Below, in pieces: positions 38,990-48,963 of a DNA stretch of 64,000 nt. Position 1 is the stretch's first letter, and each line of letters begins with the position of its first letter. The stretch is from an uncultured virus (IMG/VR IMGVR_UViG_2576861513_000002) (Duplodnaviria > Heunggongvirae > Uroviricota > Caudoviricetes): IMG/VR virus record IMGVR_UViG_2576861513_000002; one strand, given 5' to 3'. The notes under the pieces are model-generated. The model saw only the letters and a program-made list of their open reading frames with translations, made no database searches and was not told the origin of the DNA. Both the position numbers and the translations under genes were made by a program.

Positions 38990-39426
38990 GACAGGAACAG
39001 AGCACGCTCCGCCTCACGCCGACGGGTCAGCCCATTCAGAACTTTGCCACCGGCTTTATTCCAGCGCAGGAACTCGTCGGCAGCGCCAGCGTAATCACCG
39101 GCGTTGAGTTTGCGCAGGAGGGTCGATGTCGACAGGGAGCGAGCGCCGAGGTTATACGTGAACGACACCAGCGCATCGAACTGGCCCTGAGTCAGTCCGA
39201 CTTTGACCAGGCGCGAGACGTCATTTTCGTAGCTGACCAGCCCTGTTTTCAGAAGGCGCTCTGCAGTCTCCTGTTTAATGAGCATCCCGGCGCGAATTGG
39301 CTTTCCATCGACAGGCTGGGTCCACCCATAACCAATCGTCCAGACGCCTACGCTGTCCTGGTAAGCGGCAAGTTTGCATCCTTCAAACTCTTTAATCAGG
39401 GAAATCCCTTTATCACTGGTTTGCAT
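38986..39426 (-). CDS. Endolysin (GH24 lysozyme)
   Basis: FEGCKLAAYQDSVGVWTIGYG, GLTRRREAE. Confidence 0.96.
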   Translation of the reverse strand: MQTSDKGISLIKEFEGCKLAAYQDSVGVWTIGYGWTQPVDGKPIRAGMLIKQETAERLLKTGLVSYENDVSRLVKVGLTQGQFDALVSFTYNLGARSLSTSTLLRKLNAGDYAGAADEFLRWNKAGGKVLNGLTRRREAERALFLS

Positions 39427-39701
39427 TACGATGCCCTCACAAATTTTGCCAGATTCCCACCGGCCAGCCATACCGCAACGCAAACCGTCGCATTCAGCAT
39501 GAATTCACCAGGGTCAACCTGCATGTAATCGCCGTGGATGATCCGGAATGCGGTATACCCGGCGGACAGAATTATCAGATACGCAAACAATGAGACGCCA
39601 CGCCGGTACGATTTTCCCGTCTTATTGAAGAACATCAGACGGAACATTATCAGCAGGCAAACCACCGCGTTTGCGTGAGGAATCAGCGAATCCCATATCA
39701 T
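39426..39701 (-). CDS. Holin family protein
   Basis: Three hydrophobic segments, GGNLAK C-terminus. Confidence 0.82.
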   Translation of the reverse strand: MIWDSLIPHANAVVCLLIMFRLMFFNKTGKSYRRGVSLFAYLIILSAGYTAFRIIHGDYMQVDPGEFMLNATVCVAVWLAGGNLAKFVRAS

Positions 39702-40096
39702 TCATCACCCCCATCCAGTCCGGGAAGGCTCCCGTTTTTGGATTTGGACAAAATGCGAAGAAGGATAGCGACCGAAATGGACGCGGCCACCAGCGCGCCG
39801 ATATTTGGTGAAACTTCGATGGTCACTGGTGGCGTCAGCAAACTAAGTGCTGAGTTAATAACGCCTGCCATAATTGTCGCCATAGGCACCGCGAACGAGA
39901 CGCCACCAAGAAACGAAATAATCGCGAATATCGCCTGTTTCCATATCTGGTGCGGCTCAGACGTCAACACATAGAGCGCAGCACCTCCGAGAGAGAAAAG
40001 CATTACGCCGGGAGTGGCTTCGGGGAAAAGGGTAGCAAGCGTCACCCCCACAGTCCCGGCAGCAAACCCACCAGCTACAGTTAATGGATCAGACAT
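39698..40096 (-). CDS. Putative holin/antiholin
   Basis: Multi-TM ORF coupled to the holin. Confidence 0.75.
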   Translation of the reverse strand: MSDPLTVAGGFAAGTVGVTLATLFPEATPGVMLFSLGGAALYVLTSEPHQIWKQAIFAIISFLGGVSFAVPMATIMAGVINSALSLLTPPVTIEVSPNIGALVAASISVAILLRILSKSKNGSLPGLDGGDE

Positions 40097-40212
40097 ATGA
40101 TTTCCGTGTGTAGGGTTCAGGCTATCGGGCTGGATTTAACACAAAGCACGTCGAGGATGATTCCCGTAGCCTGAAAAAGAAGCCCGCCGAAGCGGGCAAA
40201 ATGAGGGTTAAC

Positions 40213-40827
40213 TCAAGTACGCCTGAAAGCGTAAGTACCAACATCTTTGCGCCCGAGCTCACACTCGATATTGTTGTGTTCCACGCATTCGAAGCCCTGC
40301 TCTGCAAACCAGCGCCTGATACCTTCATCAGTGAAATACCAGATGTGCTCGTTCTTTCTGAAATGATGGGAGCGGAGAATGTCTCCGGCATCAGTGAAAA
40401 TCGGGATCGACACGAACACGTATTCACTGGCCTGCTGTACCGCCAGCTCCGGCTCGTCGATGTGTTCAAGTACATCCCACATCGTCAATGCTCGCCACTT
40501 ATTGGCGTAGAGATCTGCGAATGCGCCCCGCTCATTCAGCCAGGCAATACCAGCCGGATTAACGTCATACCCAAGCGTTCCCGGTCGGGTAGAGACGAAC
40601 TGACCGGCACCGATACCAACGTCGAGAACAGGGCCGTGAAAATGGCGCTCCACCAGCTCAATACGGGATTGCGTTAAAGCTCTGCCCGTTTCGGTGTCGG
40701 CCAGTTGCTGATACTTTGCGAAATACTGCTCGTCATACGGGCGTGATGCCGGAACGGGATAACGTCCGATCCCCAGCTCCGGTAAAAATACCAGCCCGCT
40801 TTCCAGTTCCTGATAAAACGACTTCAT
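40213..40827 (-). CDS. Class I SAM-dependent methyltransferase
   Basis: VLDVGIGAG, GYDVN, WDVLEHI. Confidence 0.85.
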   Translation of the reverse strand: MKSFYQELESGLVFLPELGIGRYPVPASRPYDEQYFAKYQQLADTETGRALTQSRIELVERHFHGPVLDVGIGAGQFVSTRPGTLGYDVNPAGIAWLNERGAFADLYANKWRALTMWDVLEHIDEPELAVQQASEYVFVSIPIFTDAGDILRSHHFRKNEHIWYFTDEGIRRWFAEQGFECVEHNNIECELGRKDVGTYAFRRT

Positions 40828-41674
40828 GGAGCCAGGCCTCGAATTTATCGGAGAAATTTGAAATCCGCTTGTCGCAGTGGTGATCCCATGCTTCACAGCG
40901 GCAGTAATTGTCGGGAATTGCCCAGCCAACCCGGGAGAGGTCCATCGCCGGATCGGTTACGATTTCCGGTGCGTTGTGACCACCTCGCCCACCAGCGACA
41001 ACGTACACCGGCGTTTTATAGGCAATAGCAGCAGGAAGCGCCCAGCCCACCGGAGTAACCACCACGGCGGCATGTTCAATCAAGCGCATCAGCGATTTGA
41101 AGTTGAGCTGGCCGGAGTGCATGCGCAGATCTGCTTCGGGAAGTTCACCAACGGCCCACTCCTCCCCCTCCTGCAGGTCAGCCACGCTGATTACGCAGAA
41201 ATGCTTTCTTAGTAGCCGGGATGCCTGCAGCAGGTAATCCGGATCAGGATTACGGGAGTCGCTGCGCCATTCGCTGCGAACAGTTGCCGGACGAATTACC
41301 GCGAGCGGCTTTTCAGACGTAAATTCAGCGGGTCCGTAAGAGGGCAAGTCGAGTTCTGACGGCTCGGTGCCAAACTGCTGGCGCATCGCGTCAAATATTG
41401 AACCGCGCCGTAGATGATCCGGACCGTAGAAAATCCGTTTTGTCTGGCGCATATCTGGCGGCAGGTGAAAAGCAGCCTGCGTCCGGTACTCGTTTTTGCG
41501 CTGCGTGCGGAGCGTTGTAAAACTGCGAACGGGCAGAACGGGCAAATCTTCATACAGTTCGGGCCAGGCGGTCCGGATATAAGTACCGGCTGGCAACTGC
41601 TTAACGAAAGCGCGCTGGTAGATGTTGTCACCCATGCCCAGCATGCCTTCAATGAATAGAGGAACGTTTATCAT
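40733..41674 (-). CDS. GT-B glycosyltransferase (GT9/heptosyltransferase-like)
   Basis: GMGDNIY N-terminus; LMRLIEHAAVVVT...AAIAYKTP. Confidence 0.72.
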   Translation of the reverse strand: MINVPLFIEGMLGMGDNIYQRAFVKQLPAGTYIRTAWPELYEDLPVLPVRSFTTLRTQRKNEYRTQAAFHLPPDMRQTKRIFYGPDHLRRGSIFDAMRQQFGTEPSELDLPSYGPAEFTSEKPLAVIRPATVRSEWRSDSRNPDPDYLLQASRLLRKHFCVISVADLQEGEEWAVGELPEADLRMHSGQLNFKSLMRLIEHAAVVVTPVGWALPAAIAYKTPVYVVAGGRGGHNAPEIVTDPAMDLSRVGWAIPDNYCRCEAWDHHCDKRISNFSDKFEAWLHEVVLSGTGKRAGIFTGAGDRTLSRSGITPV

Positions 41675-42219
41675 GCTACCTCGCGTAAAGCCTCATTGAG
41701 GCCGAGACGCCGGAAGCACTTAAGCGCTGTCTGGCGGCTACTGTTGATGATATTCACCTTACCGGCCAGCGCTCTGGCGGTATTGGCAAACTCCCCGCGC
41801 CATCGCGTAACACTCTCTGCTGTAGGATTATCCAGCCCGACGTGATCACCATGCCAGTGACTACCGCCATTAATGGAGCAGTCAAATCCTAACAGGATGA
41901 TGTTTTTCGCCCCTTGGCTGGCAGCAAACAGAATCGAGCGCTGCCCGGAGTTGAAGGCCCACCGGGTATCTGTATCAAACAGATTTAGCCCATAGCGTTT
42001 ATGAGCCCGGTAATTACAGGTCCAGCGAGAGGCGGAGGACGGCAGAACATCGATGTTTGCATCCCACCAGCGCAGATCACCCGCGTAAATGTATTCACAA
42101 TCAGGCACGGCTCGCCAGGTGGAGTTAACAGCAATAACCGGCAGCCCCGATCCGGAGATCAGTTCGCAATCTGATTTATTGAGAGACGGGCCGGATGCAC
42201 AAATGATGAATGTATTCAT
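41671..42219 (-). CDS. Maf/DUF115 or sialyltransferase-fold protein
   Basis: ICASGPSL, IAVNS, FNSG, IILLGFDC...HWH. Confidence 0.72.
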   Translation of the reverse strand: MNTFIICASGPSLNKSDCELISGSGLPVIAVNSTWRAVPDCEYIYAGDLRWWDANIDVLPSSASRWTCNYRAHKRYGLNLFDTDTRWAFNSGQRSILFAASQGAKNIILLGFDCSINGGSHWHGDHVGLDNPTAESVTRWRGEFANTARALAGKVNIINSSRQTALKCFRRLGLNEALREVA

Positions 42220-42414
42220 TCGTGTTGACCTGGTTCGGGAGTAATTGGTTACGGTTGCCGATGCTTATCTTCGGCTTGTCTCTAAGGACTGCAATTAACC
42301 GTAACGGGGAGAGCACTGAGCCTACTGTGACGGGTTATCGTCACTCTTTCCCCCGAAGGGTGGCCCTCGACGCAGAACGCCCGTAAGCCCAATGCTCTTC
42401 CCTGTTACGGCCAT

Positions 42415-42440
42415 AAAAAAACCCGCTCGGAGGCGGGTTT
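42415..42440 (-). terminator. tR'-like terminator
   Basis: AAACCCGC-loop-GCGGGTTTTTTT just downstream of the putative pR'. Confidence 0.78.
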
Positions 42441-42473
42441 GTTTTCGTGTAGGCGCAATAACCTACGATTTGA

Positions 42474-42503
42474 AGCATACACGACAAGTTCGGACAAAAT
42501 CAA
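42474..42503 (-). promoter_or_regulatory. Putative late promoter pR'
   Basis: TTGATT-18bp-TATGCT immediately after Q. Confidence 0.55.
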
Positions 42504-42522
42504 GCTTAAAGTCGCTAATATG

Positions 42523-43326
42523 CTAAATTTTGTTCGCAACGTCACGAAAGCTCGTTGCGTCCTGAAACGCAGAGTCTGCTTTTTGTTCTTCCCTGTGACA
42601 GACGTCGACAAGCACCTCCAGGAACGGTTTCCAGTTACGGGTCCACGTTCTGACGTGCAGATCCGGGACTCGCTTCAGTATCGCTTTATAGGCTGCAGTA
42701 GACGGTACCCCAGAAAATCCATTTCCGCTGCAGCGCTCGCAGGTTTTAAACACCGGCGCGCCGCGCTCGCTTGTGGCTTTGCGGTCGAGCACCTCACCTT
42801 TGCCGCCGCAACGGCATCGGGCCAGCAGCTCACCTTTACCGTTACATGCCGCGCATTTGCGCTTGACCAGTTCGTGCTTGATTTTCGGCGGTACGATTTC
42901 CATTCCGTCAGAGTTGAAGACTCCAGGATGTTTGATCACATCCTCATACTGAGAGGTTAATCCGCTGCCGCTGCAGCTGTGACACGTCACGCTGGTTTCC
43001 GCAGAACGGGAGTATTCGGCAAAGGCGAATTGTGCGAGCACCATCATGCACCAGCCAAACTCACCTGCCGCTGCTTTACGTACATTCCTGGGCGCTGATT
43101 CCATTGCATGACGCGCCAGAGCCTGTACAGCCAACTGCTCATCGCTTTTGCTGATCCCGGTCTTACCAAAGAAGGCAGCCAGACCAAACCGCGCTCGGCT
43201 GCTGGTGGTACCAATGGCCGCCATAACATCGGTGCCGGTGATACGATCCGGAGAGGTTCCTTTCACGTCGTCGCTGATGTGCATTCCCTGAGGGCTAAAA
43301 TGTTTTAGTGATGCCTCCAGTTTCAT
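42523..43326 (-). CDS. Late antitermination protein Q
   Basis: LKHFSPQG...TDVMAAIG; multiple CxxC motifs; upstream of lysis genes. Confidence 0.88.
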   Translation of the reverse strand: MKLEASLKHFSPQGMHISDDVKGTSPDRITGTDVMAAIGTTSSRARFGLAAFFGKTGISKSDEQLAVQALARHAMESAPRNVRKAAAGEFGWCMMVLAQFAFAEYSRSAETSVTCHSCSGSGLTSQYEDVIKHPGVFNSDGMEIVPPKIKHELVKRKCAACNGKGELLARCRCGGKGEVLDRKATSERGAPVFKTCERCSGNGFSGVPSTAAYKAILKRVPDLHVRTWTRNWKPFLEVLVDVCHREEQKADSAFQDATSFRDVANKI

Positions 43327-44183
43327 TCTTCACACTCCCCTACCAGGTTAAGAATTACCGCCGCGCCGTTGTCTTCCATAAATTCGTCCTTTCCGCTTGC
43401 CAGAAACCAGCGGCATACTTCCACGGCTTCAGATCGCGTCACGGGTTTGATGGTTGCGAGCAGTTTTTCCAAGTAGCACTCACGGTCATAAACTGATTTA
43501 TGATGCTCTGAATAGCCAAAGTCATAGCCGAGTTCCTTACCTGCCGTATTGCGTACACTGTAGAGCCAGTCCCAGTAAACGAACTCACGGACGACATCAG
43601 AAAGGGTGTTAGGCGTTGGCAGAACTTCACGATATCCATCAACATATTTACGACGCTGATCGTCAATTTCAAACATACGGCCGCCACCAATATGACCGGC
43701 TTCGAGTTCCTCCGGAGTCCATCCCCATTCGTAATCATCAATAAATTTCTCGGAAGATTTGATTACTCGCTCGGCCTCCACATCTTCGAACGCTGCCTCA
43801 TAGTTGCCGAACGTGGCCCTGACTGATGCTGCTTTTTTGATGCTCTCACGGGCGTTCTTGATAGCCCGAGCCGGGTTATCCATACCGATGGTACCGAAAG
43901 CAACCTGGAAAGGATCGCCACCATTCGCCAGTAGATAACGCGAATAGCGTTCCTCGGCCTCTTTTGGGGAGATTTTAATTTTCTCCAGCGCGGCTTCAGC
44001 TGCGTCCAGATGCGCGGGTTCGTTCAGGCGGATAACCTCCAGCACCCAAAGATAAGCATCCGTCTGCTTATGCCCGGTGATTCTCCGTTGCTCGGGCAGA
44101 GGCTTGATGTTTGCGAGGGCGGAGCTGTGCGCTGCCGTCGGGATGGTGAATAGTGCTTTATGTTCGTTGTTATCAGTACGCAT
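43323..44183 (-). CDS. Hypothetical phage protein
   Basis: 286-aa coupled ORF. Confidence 0.75.
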   Translation of the reverse strand: MRTDNNEHKALFTIPTAAHSSALANIKPLPEQRRITGHKQTDAYLWVLEVIRLNEPAHLDAAEAALEKIKISPKEAEERYSRYLLANGGDPFQVAFGTIGMDNPARAIKNARESIKKAASVRATFGNYEAAFEDVEAERVIKSSEKFIDDYEWGWTPEELEAGHIGGGRMFEIDDQRRKYVDGYREVLPTPNTLSDVVREFVYWDWLYSVRNTAGKELGYDFGYSEHHKSVYDRECYLEKLLATIKPVTRSEAVEVCRWFLASGKDEFMEDNGAAVILNLVGECEE

Positions 44184-45157
44184 TACGCAGCCGCCTTTTT
44201 CTTGAAGAAAACCACCTCACGAACCTGATCGCCGTTCATGAGCATGTCGTTAAAATCCCCGTAATCCGGGTAGTAGATGCTGATTTTTTCCAGGTCATTT
44301 TTTGCCAGTAAGTTGGCATGGGCGCATTCCGTGGCCGCAGCCAATCCGGTGGCGCTGTTTACGTCTCGATCTGCGAAAATAATCAAATTTTTCACACCTG
44401 CAGGAACACGGAATTTCTTCATGAATCCGCTGGTCATGGTGGCCCAGGTGTTAACGTTGTACAGCTGCTTGCAGGAAAGAGCCGTTTCGATACCCTCGGC
44501 AATTCCGAGGGTCGTCGCTACCGGGAACATGCGAATAGCGACAGAACGGGCATGATCCAGATAACTTTCGTCCTGAAGAGATTTCTGGCGCTTCGCTCCG
44601 GCAGAATCCCTTAGTTGGGCTTTCCGGTTACCGTCCAGTAAGGTTCTGTGCAGATAGCAAAGCTCGCCTTTATCGTCGGTTGCGAGTGAATACAGACACT
44701 GGTAAACCTTACCGCCGTAGCGTTGTTTATCATTGAACTTCACCGCCTCTTGTGGGAGCTGATAAATTCCCCTGGCCTGCAGATAATCCGCCCCGGTAGT
44801 TCCTTTCAGGTTGACCAGTTTCGAAAATTTGGACAGAACCCGATCACGGGCGCTTACTGCATCTGAAGTGCGCGGGAACGCTTCGCGGGTAAAGTTGTTA
44901 CCAATCAGCTGGTCTATTTCCCTGCAAATTTCATTGAATGGCTTCCCTTGTGTCAGAGTGACAAGCTTCATTCCGTCACCGCTGCCGCAGGTACAGATCC
45001 ATGTTCCCCGGCCATCCCGATCATCAATACGCAACTTTCCCCGCGCACCACATACCGGACATTCGCCTTTAAAATGATTTCTGGCATTAATGGGGGGTAA
45101 CCCGAAGTGCTCAAAAATCATTGCCCATTGACCTTTTGCTGCTTCTGCCGTCTTCAT
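44183..45157 (-). CDS. Zn-finger/TOPRIM primase
   Basis: CPVCG...CTCG, IAEGIETALS, FADRD, DFND. Confidence 0.9.
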   Translation of the reverse strand: MKTAEAAKGQWAMIFEHFGLPPINARNHFKGECPVCGARGKLRIDDRDGRGTWICTCGSGDGMKLVTLTQGKPFNEICREIDQLIGNNFTREAFPRTSDAVSARDRVLSKFSKLVNLKGTTGADYLQARGIYQLPQEAVKFNDKQRYGGKVYQCLYSLATDDKGELCYLHRTLLDGNRKAQLRDSAGAKRQKSLQDESYLDHARSVAIRMFPVATTLGIAEGIETALSCKQLYNVNTWATMTSGFMKKFRVPAGVKNLIIFADRDVNSATGLAAATECAHANLLAKNDLEKISIYYPDYGDFNDMLMNGDQVREVVFFKKKAAA

Positions 45158-46770
45158 GCTCGTTTTCCTAACTGCTGTTTGATATCGCTAATCGCTTTCT
45201 GTGCTTGTTGTACTGAGGATGGGGCAACCGTGCCTGATGCCTCCTGCAGGCGCTTGGCCTTCTCCTGCCCTTTCGCATACGCAATCAATTTGTGCCGGAT
45301 GAAATTAGAGACGGTCGGCGTGATCTCCATCGGGAAATCGCTCAACCCGTTAGGCCACTCGTCAAACCGTTCGCGAAAGGTATTTGCACACCAGCCATCG
45401 CTGACGGGCTTTTTCCCCTGCGATACGCGCTGGCGCTGATAGAATTTGATCTGACTCCACCAGGCCTGTTTCTCTGCCTTAGTGGGCTGATGCTGGTTTT
45501 TACCCAGCTTTTTGAGTTTGCGGCCGGTGTCGGTTTCGACGTCCTCACCGCCCAGCGGCTTATGCCCACATTTCGGGCATACATAGACGCCAGCTGGCTT
45601 CATGTAATGGCATTGAGAGCATTCGTGTGGCAGCTTTTCGGCCCGTTCCTCAGCTGCGCGGCGCGCGCTTTCCTCCATGCCGTCAGACTTACCGGGAAGA
45701 TCGTCGTACTCGATTGAATCCGGATAACCCAAACGGTGTACGGTGCCGCTATGATCGAAGATGAGGCAGGACTCTTTACCCGGTGCTGTGCGCAGTCCAC
45801 GGCCGAGCGCCTGCAACCAGCGAATTTCGCTTTTTGTTGGCCTGGCGTAGATGATGCAACGAACGTCACTATCGAAGCCGGCCACCAGAACGCCCACACT
45901 AACGATGATTTTCGTTGCACCGGTTTCAAAGCGGTGAATGATGGTCTGGCGCTCATCCACTGGAGTGTCGGCGGTCATGACCTCAGCATTAACACCCGCC
46001 AGGTTAAACTGGATTGTCAGGTAATTGGCGTGGGCTACGTTGACGCAGAAAGCGATGGTAGGCAGATCCCGGCCATTCTCCAGCCAGTTCTGTACGATGT
46101 CGCCCACCAGCGTAGAGCCGCACATGATTTCAGCCAGCTGCGTTTCGTTGTAATCGCTGCCGTACTCAAGCGATGCTTTGGTTTTAACACCTTTAAGATC
46201 CGGCTTAGTTGGCGCGTAAAATTCGTATTTACTCAGATCGCCACGCTGGATTAACTCGCCAATGGTGGTCGGCTTAATCAGTCGGTCATAGTATTTGCCC
46301 AGGAACGGGGAAAACGGAGTACCCGACAGGCCAATCACCTTTACGCCTTTGCCGCGCAGACGTTCGATATCCTTCAGGATGCGTTTTTTACGCAGGTGTG
46401 CTTCGTCGATAATCAGCAGATCGATGTTTTCAGGAAAAACACGACGAATAAGCGTGTCGGCGCTGGCAATCTGAATTTTCCGGTCCGGATCGTAGTTCGG
46501 GTGATCTGCCCAGATATAACCGATTTCATCCCCCGGTAACCCATACTCCACGAACCGATTAGCCGTCTGACCGATCAGGATGGTGTACGGTGCACAGAAC
46601 AGGACGCGCATACCACGGCTGACAAACCCGGCGACGATGAAGGCGGCCAAACCTGTTTTACCGCTACCGGTTGGCGAGTACACCATGAAGGTGTCGTTTG
46701 CCTTCCAGTCACGGCGCAACATGTTTAGCGCTCGTTCCTGTGCAAAATTCGGCGTGATCGTCAGCTCCAT
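45154..46770 (-). CDS. SF2 DEAH helicase
   Basis: PTGSGKT, IIDEAH, QALGRGLR, C-terminal Zn finger. Confidence 0.93.
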   Translation of the reverse strand: MELTITPNFAQERALNMLRRDWKANDTFMVYSPTGSGKTGLAAFIVAGFVSRGMRVLFCAPYTILIGQTANRFVEYGLPGDEIGYIWADHPNYDPDRKIQIASADTLIRRVFPENIDLLIIDEAHLRKKRILKDIERLRGKGVKVIGLSGTPFSPFLGKYYDRLIKPTTIGELIQRGDLSKYEFYAPTKPDLKGVKTKASLEYGSDYNETQLAEIMCGSTLVGDIVQNWLENGRDLPTIAFCVNVAHANYLTIQFNLAGVNAEVMTADTPVDERQTIIHRFETGATKIIVSVGVLVAGFDSDVRCIIYARPTKSEIRWLQALGRGLRTAPGKESCLIFDHSGTVHRLGYPDSIEYDDLPGKSDGMEESARRAAEERAEKLPHECSQCHYMKPAGVYVCPKCGHKPLGGEDVETDTGRKLKKLGKNQHQPTKAEKQAWWSQIKFYQRQRVSQGKKPVSDGWCANTFRERFDEWPNGLSDFPMEITPTVSNFIRHKLIAYAKGQEKAKRLQEASGTVAPSSVQQAQKAISDIKQQLGKRA

Positions 46771-47184
46771 TGTGCTGCCCCCGTGCTGATGAGATAATAA
46801 TTTTGTGATGTGGTTTTCATGGATTCCCCCTCACATGGCTGGTGGCCTCCCCAAAGGCTGCCAGCCTCCCTTCTGATTCAGCTCCTCTGAAAAAATCACT
46901 CTTCCAGGAAGAACCCTTTTCGTTTCTCAGCGCCTGAGCGCTTTGTACTACCTTGCTGATACAGGCGTTTTTTTAAATTGCGCCCTTAAGACAGTGATCT
47001 ACCTAACCAATGGATCTCTCCTGTTGGAAAAGACCCTATTCCTGCCCCTACACCCAATCCCCCCTTACCCCCCTTTCCCTCTTCCCCATAAAAACGTACT
47101 ACTTCCCTAGTACATATGAGGAGTTGGGTCAGTTGGTTGCCAACCTGAACAGGCACCTTTAAGCCTGTTTCTGTTCGGGTACCT

Positions 47185-47502
47185 TTAAACCCGAAACAAT
47201 GAGGAGCGCGATTGCGTTCCAGCCAGGGGAGGTTCGGCGGTATACCCCTGTAAAGCTCTGCCCTGATTTCTCACAAACAGGCGAAGCCTTGTGTTTGCTT
47301 CATGCCTTGCCCGGTTCTCCTTGCGGTAGGAAACGGGTTCAGCTTCGAACGTCTCCTGATACACAGCTGCATAACGCTGGATAGCTTTTTGTCGTGCAGT
47401 TGGTGTCAGGCTAAGTAACTGCTGCTTGATCCACTCGGCATCAGCTTTTGAGTGGGTATCCGGCAGCAGTGCGTTATCGAAGTTGCTCTCCGGTATGTTC
47501 AT
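47185..47502 (-). CDS. Hypothetical protein downstream of cro
   Basis: ORF overlapping the cro end, with GAGG RBS. Confidence 0.65.
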   Translation of the reverse strand: MNIPESNFDNALLPDTHSKADAEWIKQQLLSLTPTARQKAIQRYAAVYQETFEAEPVSYRKENRARHEANTRLRLFVRNQGRALQGYTAEPPLAGTQSRSSLFRV

Positions 47503-47698
47503 CGGAAAAAACCTCATCCAGACTGGTTTCATATCCGAGCTGCTTAAAGGCGCTCACAATGCGTTTCCCAACTTCAATATCTGGGATTCGACGACCAGTT
47601 TCGTAGTGGCTAACGGCCCCTTGAGAGCTAGCGATCAACGCTGCCAGCTCCCCCTGGGTCACTTTTGCTTTCAGCCTTAGGCTCTTAATACCGCTCAT
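47474..47698 (-). CDS. cro: Cro-like repressor
   Basis: XRE HTH TQGELA...SQGAVSHYETG; divergent from cI. Confidence 0.88.
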   Translation of the reverse strand: MSGIKSLRLKAKVTQGELAALIASSQGAVSHYETGRRIPDIEVGKRIVSAFKQLGYETSLDEVFSDEHTGEQLR

Positions 47699-47719
47699 TC
47701 GGATAGTTCCTATCTAAAT

Positions 47720-47792
47720 AATACATAACGTACTATACACACATAAAACAATAATACAAAATGGAAGTTGCTCAAAAAATACGGATTGTAAT
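47720..47792. promoter_or_regulatory. OR-like operators (AATAC-N5-GTATT type)
   Basis: Copies at 47720, 47753, 47778; the same motif recurs at 48564 and 48589. Confidence 0.65.
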
Positions 47793-47796
47793 AATC

Positions 47797-48465
47797 ATGT
47801 CTATGAAACAGAGATGGCAGGACCTGGCGAAATCCAGGATGAAAGAAGTCGGAATGACTCAAGAACAGCTAGCTGAAGCACTCGGTATGACACAGGGTGG
47901 GCTAGGCCATTGGCTAAACGGAAGACGTGAACCTAACCTGGAGGTCATAGCAAAAATTTTTAAAATTCTACAAATGCCAGGTTTTGTGGTTGACGCTGAC
48001 GGCGCAGTGAGCGACGCAAGAGCTGATCACAATGTGTCATTTCACGCGATGAATGAATCGAAAGGAAGCTACCCCGTAATCAGTTGGGTCAGCGCAGGGG
48101 ATTGGATGGAAGCAGTGGAGCCATATCATAGGCGCGCGATCGACCGCTGGTATGATACAACCGTGGAATGTTCAGAAGATTCATTTTGGTTAGATGTCAG
48201 AGGGGATTCGATGACATCGCCAGCTGGGCTTAGCATTCCCGAAGGCATGGTTATACTGGTCGATCCTCAGGTTGAACCCATCAACGGAAAGTTAGTTGTC
48301 GCTAAGCTCGATGGGGATAACGAGGCCACTTTCAAAAAGCTGGTTATCGATGCTGGTCAACGATTCCTCAAGCCGTTAAACCCTCAATATCCCATCATTC
48401 CCATAAACGGTAATTGCCGTATTATCGGCGTCGTGGTTGACGCAAAGATAACCAATCTGCCATAG
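47797..48465 (+). CDS. cI: CI repressor (HTH plus S24 peptidase)
   Basis: VSAG cleavage site, GDSM, TFKKL. Confidence 0.95.
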   Translation: MSMKQRWQDLAKSRMKEVGMTQEQLAEALGMTQGGLGHWLNGRREPNLEVIAKIFKILQMPGFVVDADGAVSDARADHNVSFHAMNESKGSYPVISWVSAGDWMEAVEPYHRRAIDRWYDTTVECSEDSFWLDVRGDSMTSPAGLSIPEGMVILVDPQVEPINGKLVVAKLDGDNEATFKKLVIDAGQRFLKPLNPQYPIIPINGNCRIIGVVVDAKITNLP

Positions 48466-48563
48466 AGCACAAGCCGCGCAAGCGGCTTTTTTTATGCCAT
48501 GCGCCCCCAAAAAAGACAAAAACACCTTTACAAACAGCAAGATAAAAATTAATACATCAGATT

Positions 48564-48603
48564 AATCCGTTTTGTATTGACGAGATTTAATACGTTATGT
48601 ATT
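48564..48603. promoter_or_regulatory. OL-like operators / PL
   Basis: AATCCGTTTTGTATT and AATACGTTATGTATT overlapping TTGACG. Confidence 0.65.
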
Positions 48604-48636
48604 GTTGTTTCATCGGCAACAAATGGAGCCCATGAA

Positions 48637-48963
48637 ATGAAAGCTAACCCGACAACTAAAAAAGTTTTCCAGCTTGTAGATATTCCTGATTACCGCTTCG
48701 CAGGTGACAAGGAAAAATGCAGTCATATTGATTTTGACCAAATCGCAACAGATTGCGATACAAAAACCATTTCTTTGCTAGAAGCTATCAATCACTTAGG
48801 GATCAGCATAATGAACGAGGCAGAGGAAAAGAACATCGATAAAAATAAACTCATGATGTTATCTGGCGCAATTGCTGATTTAGCAGAATTAGCAATTGCC
48901 ACAAACAAGATCGCTATTTCATCTACTTATTCCTCCGGTTATAAGGATGCTGAAAATGCCTGA
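48637..48963 (+). CDS. Early hypothetical protein
   Basis: GGAG RBS; first gene after PL. Confidence 0.7.
   Translation: MKANPTTKKVFQLVDIPDYRFAGDKEKCSHIDFDQIATDCDTKTISLLEAINHLGISIMNEAEEKNIDKNKLMMLSGAIADLAELAIATNKIAISSTYSSGYKDAENA

Noticed and set aside
42245..42412. tRNA gene after Q
   Set aside because: No T-loop/D-loop consensus or CCA end.
19637..46789. Many + strand ORFs of 60-220 aa across the structural and replication region
   Set aside because: Antisense shadows of GC-rich minus-strand genes, lacking RBS or motif support.
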